A stretch of 39,660 bases of DNA from Acidobacteriota bacterium. GTDB taxonomy: Bacteria > Acidobacteriota > Polarisedimenticolia > Gp22-AA2. The notes beneath the pieces were generated by a model. That model saw nothing but the letters and a program-made list of their open reading frames with translations, was not told the origin of the DNA and ran no database searches. Positions 38,824-39,660 of this stretch are shown here, in pieces (the first letter of the stretch is position 1; every line of letters begins with the position of its first letter). The position numbers and the translations under genes are program-made. The stretch spans positions 1-39,660 of the forward strand of contig JBGPED010000002.1 of the NCBI GenBank assembly GCA_041482595.1. Reading direction: 5' to 3'.

Positions 38824-38845
38824 ACTGTTGCCAGGAGCGTGGGCA

Positions 38846-39601
38846 ATGAGAAAGCAGAAGCGCCGCCGGGAGCGTCCCGCGCCACTACTTCCGGCTAGTA
38901 CCCTGGAAACCGTCCGCGACGGCGGTACCTACACGGTGACGCGCCGCGGGTCGAACGTGCAGGTGGTGATTGATCGTCCCGGCACCCGCGGTGAAGGCCC
39001 CGGCGCCCGCAAGTGTTACTCGATCGTGCCGCTCACAACGGGGCCAGACGATGAGGGCGAGGCCGAGAGCCTTCGCGCGCTGCACATCCTTCGTCTCGCA
39101 TTCGAGAGCGTCGACCTGCCGACGATCGATCGCTTCCTGAGCGGCCTCGGGCTGAATGCCGCGACCGATGATGACCGCGGCGACTTACGCGCTGCTCTGT
39201 TCCGCGTGCTGTTTACGAAGGGGCGTCCTTGGGGCGAGACTCGACCGCTCGAATATCTGGCGGCGGCCGTGAGGCGCGAAGCGCGGCACCTGCGGGACGC
39301 GAGGGCGAAGCGTGATCTCCGGCCCGCCGATCACCCCGAGACAAGCTACGGCGCGGCGGCGCTCGACGCGATTCCTGATAAATCGCCCGGAGCGCTCGCG
39401 CAGCTCATCGAACGCGACAGGGCCGCGGAGCTTGTGGCCGCCCTGGATCCCCGACCCGGTGAGCGCGAGATGCTCGAGGCGGTCATGAGCGACGAGGCGG
39501 AACATCTGACCGAGGCCCGCAAGGTCGCTGGTCTTCCCGACTCTTTCCGCGTCAACCTCATCAACAAAGCGAAGCGGCGACTCAAGCCCCCCTCCCGATA
39601 G
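38846..39601 (+). CDS. Hypothetical basic protein with a sigma70-region-4-like C-terminal HTH
   Basis: ATG 38846 has AGGAG 8 nt upstream. 251 aa. Highly basic N-terminus MRKQKRRRER. The C-terminus GEREMLEAVMSDEAEHLTEARKVAGLPDSFRVNLINKAKRRL resembles ECF sigma region 4, and an earlier segment (LFRVLF...YLAAAVRREARHLR) is vaguely region-2-like. The track start 38732 lies inside the tRNA anticodon loop and is not credible. Confidence 0.5.
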   Translation: MRKQKRRRERPAPLLPASTLETVRDGGTYTVTRRGSNVQVVIDRPGTRGEGPGARKCYSIVPLTTGPDDEGEAESLRALHILRLAFESVDLPTIDRFLSGLGLNAATDDDRGDLRAALFRVLFTKGRPWGETRPLEYLAAAVRREARHLRDARAKRDLRPADHPETSYGAAALDAIPDKSPGALAQLIERDRAAELVAALDPRPGEREMLEAVMSDEAEHLTEARKVAGLPDSFRVNLINKAKRRLKPPSR

Positions 39602-39660
39602 ACCCAGAGCGAAAAAACCTTCCCCGCGAGTTACAAACAGCCCCGGCCCATGAGTGATCC

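Noticed and set aside
38739-38845. A group I intron or split tRNA that would explain the tRNA-Pro interruption. A GCAGG at 38818-38822 could in principle resume the anticodon stem.
   Set aside because: About 79 nt is too short for a group I intron. The sequence after 38822 (GACTGTTGCCAGGAGCGTGGGCAATG) has no TTCGAATCC-type T-loop and no CGCCCCG acceptor complement, so no mature tRNA can be reconstituted within the window.

Overview
A gene-dense, high-GC window (about two-thirds G+C by eye). It is almost entirely housekeeping and mostly on the + strand. The source looks like a Gram-negative bacterium (Acidobacteriota- or Myxococcota-like; this is a guess from gene content such as DUF4388, sigma54 and a permease-less PTS). 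Gene order: era, mgtE, recO, glyQ-glyS, ppdK, rimK plus an AstE/AspA-type deacylase, mutL, a lytic transglycosylase, a TPR protein (-), and a HAD hydrolase. Next comes a four-gene signalling operon behind a sigma54-type promoter: NtrC-like activator, hybrid histidine kinase, receiver-kinase, and a DUF4388/J-like/TPR protein. Then the canonical yceD-rpmF-plsX-fabH-fabD-fabG-acpP-fabF cluster behind a near-consensus sigma70 promoter, a lone archaeal-type (type II) GAPDH-like gene (-), and a regulatory PTS operon (hprK-rapZ-EIIA(Man)-ptsH-ptsI) with a small translationally coupled cupin. The window ends with a MerR regulator coupled to an unknown secreted protein, tdh-kbl (-), and a tRNA-Pro(GGG) gene that stops abruptly after the anticodon loop. 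That last junction is the oddest feature. Past it lies lower-GC DNA with iterated TACAGGG-type motifs and an orphan basic protein with a sigma-region-4-like C-terminus, so it may be the edge of an integrated element, or a chimeric join. I see no CRISPR array, transposase, integrase or recognisable defence system. The many long antisense or alternate-frame ORFs in the track are high-GC shadow ORFs. Several gene starts were moved inward from the ORF-track start on the basis of N-terminal homology, RBS position and stop/start overlaps.
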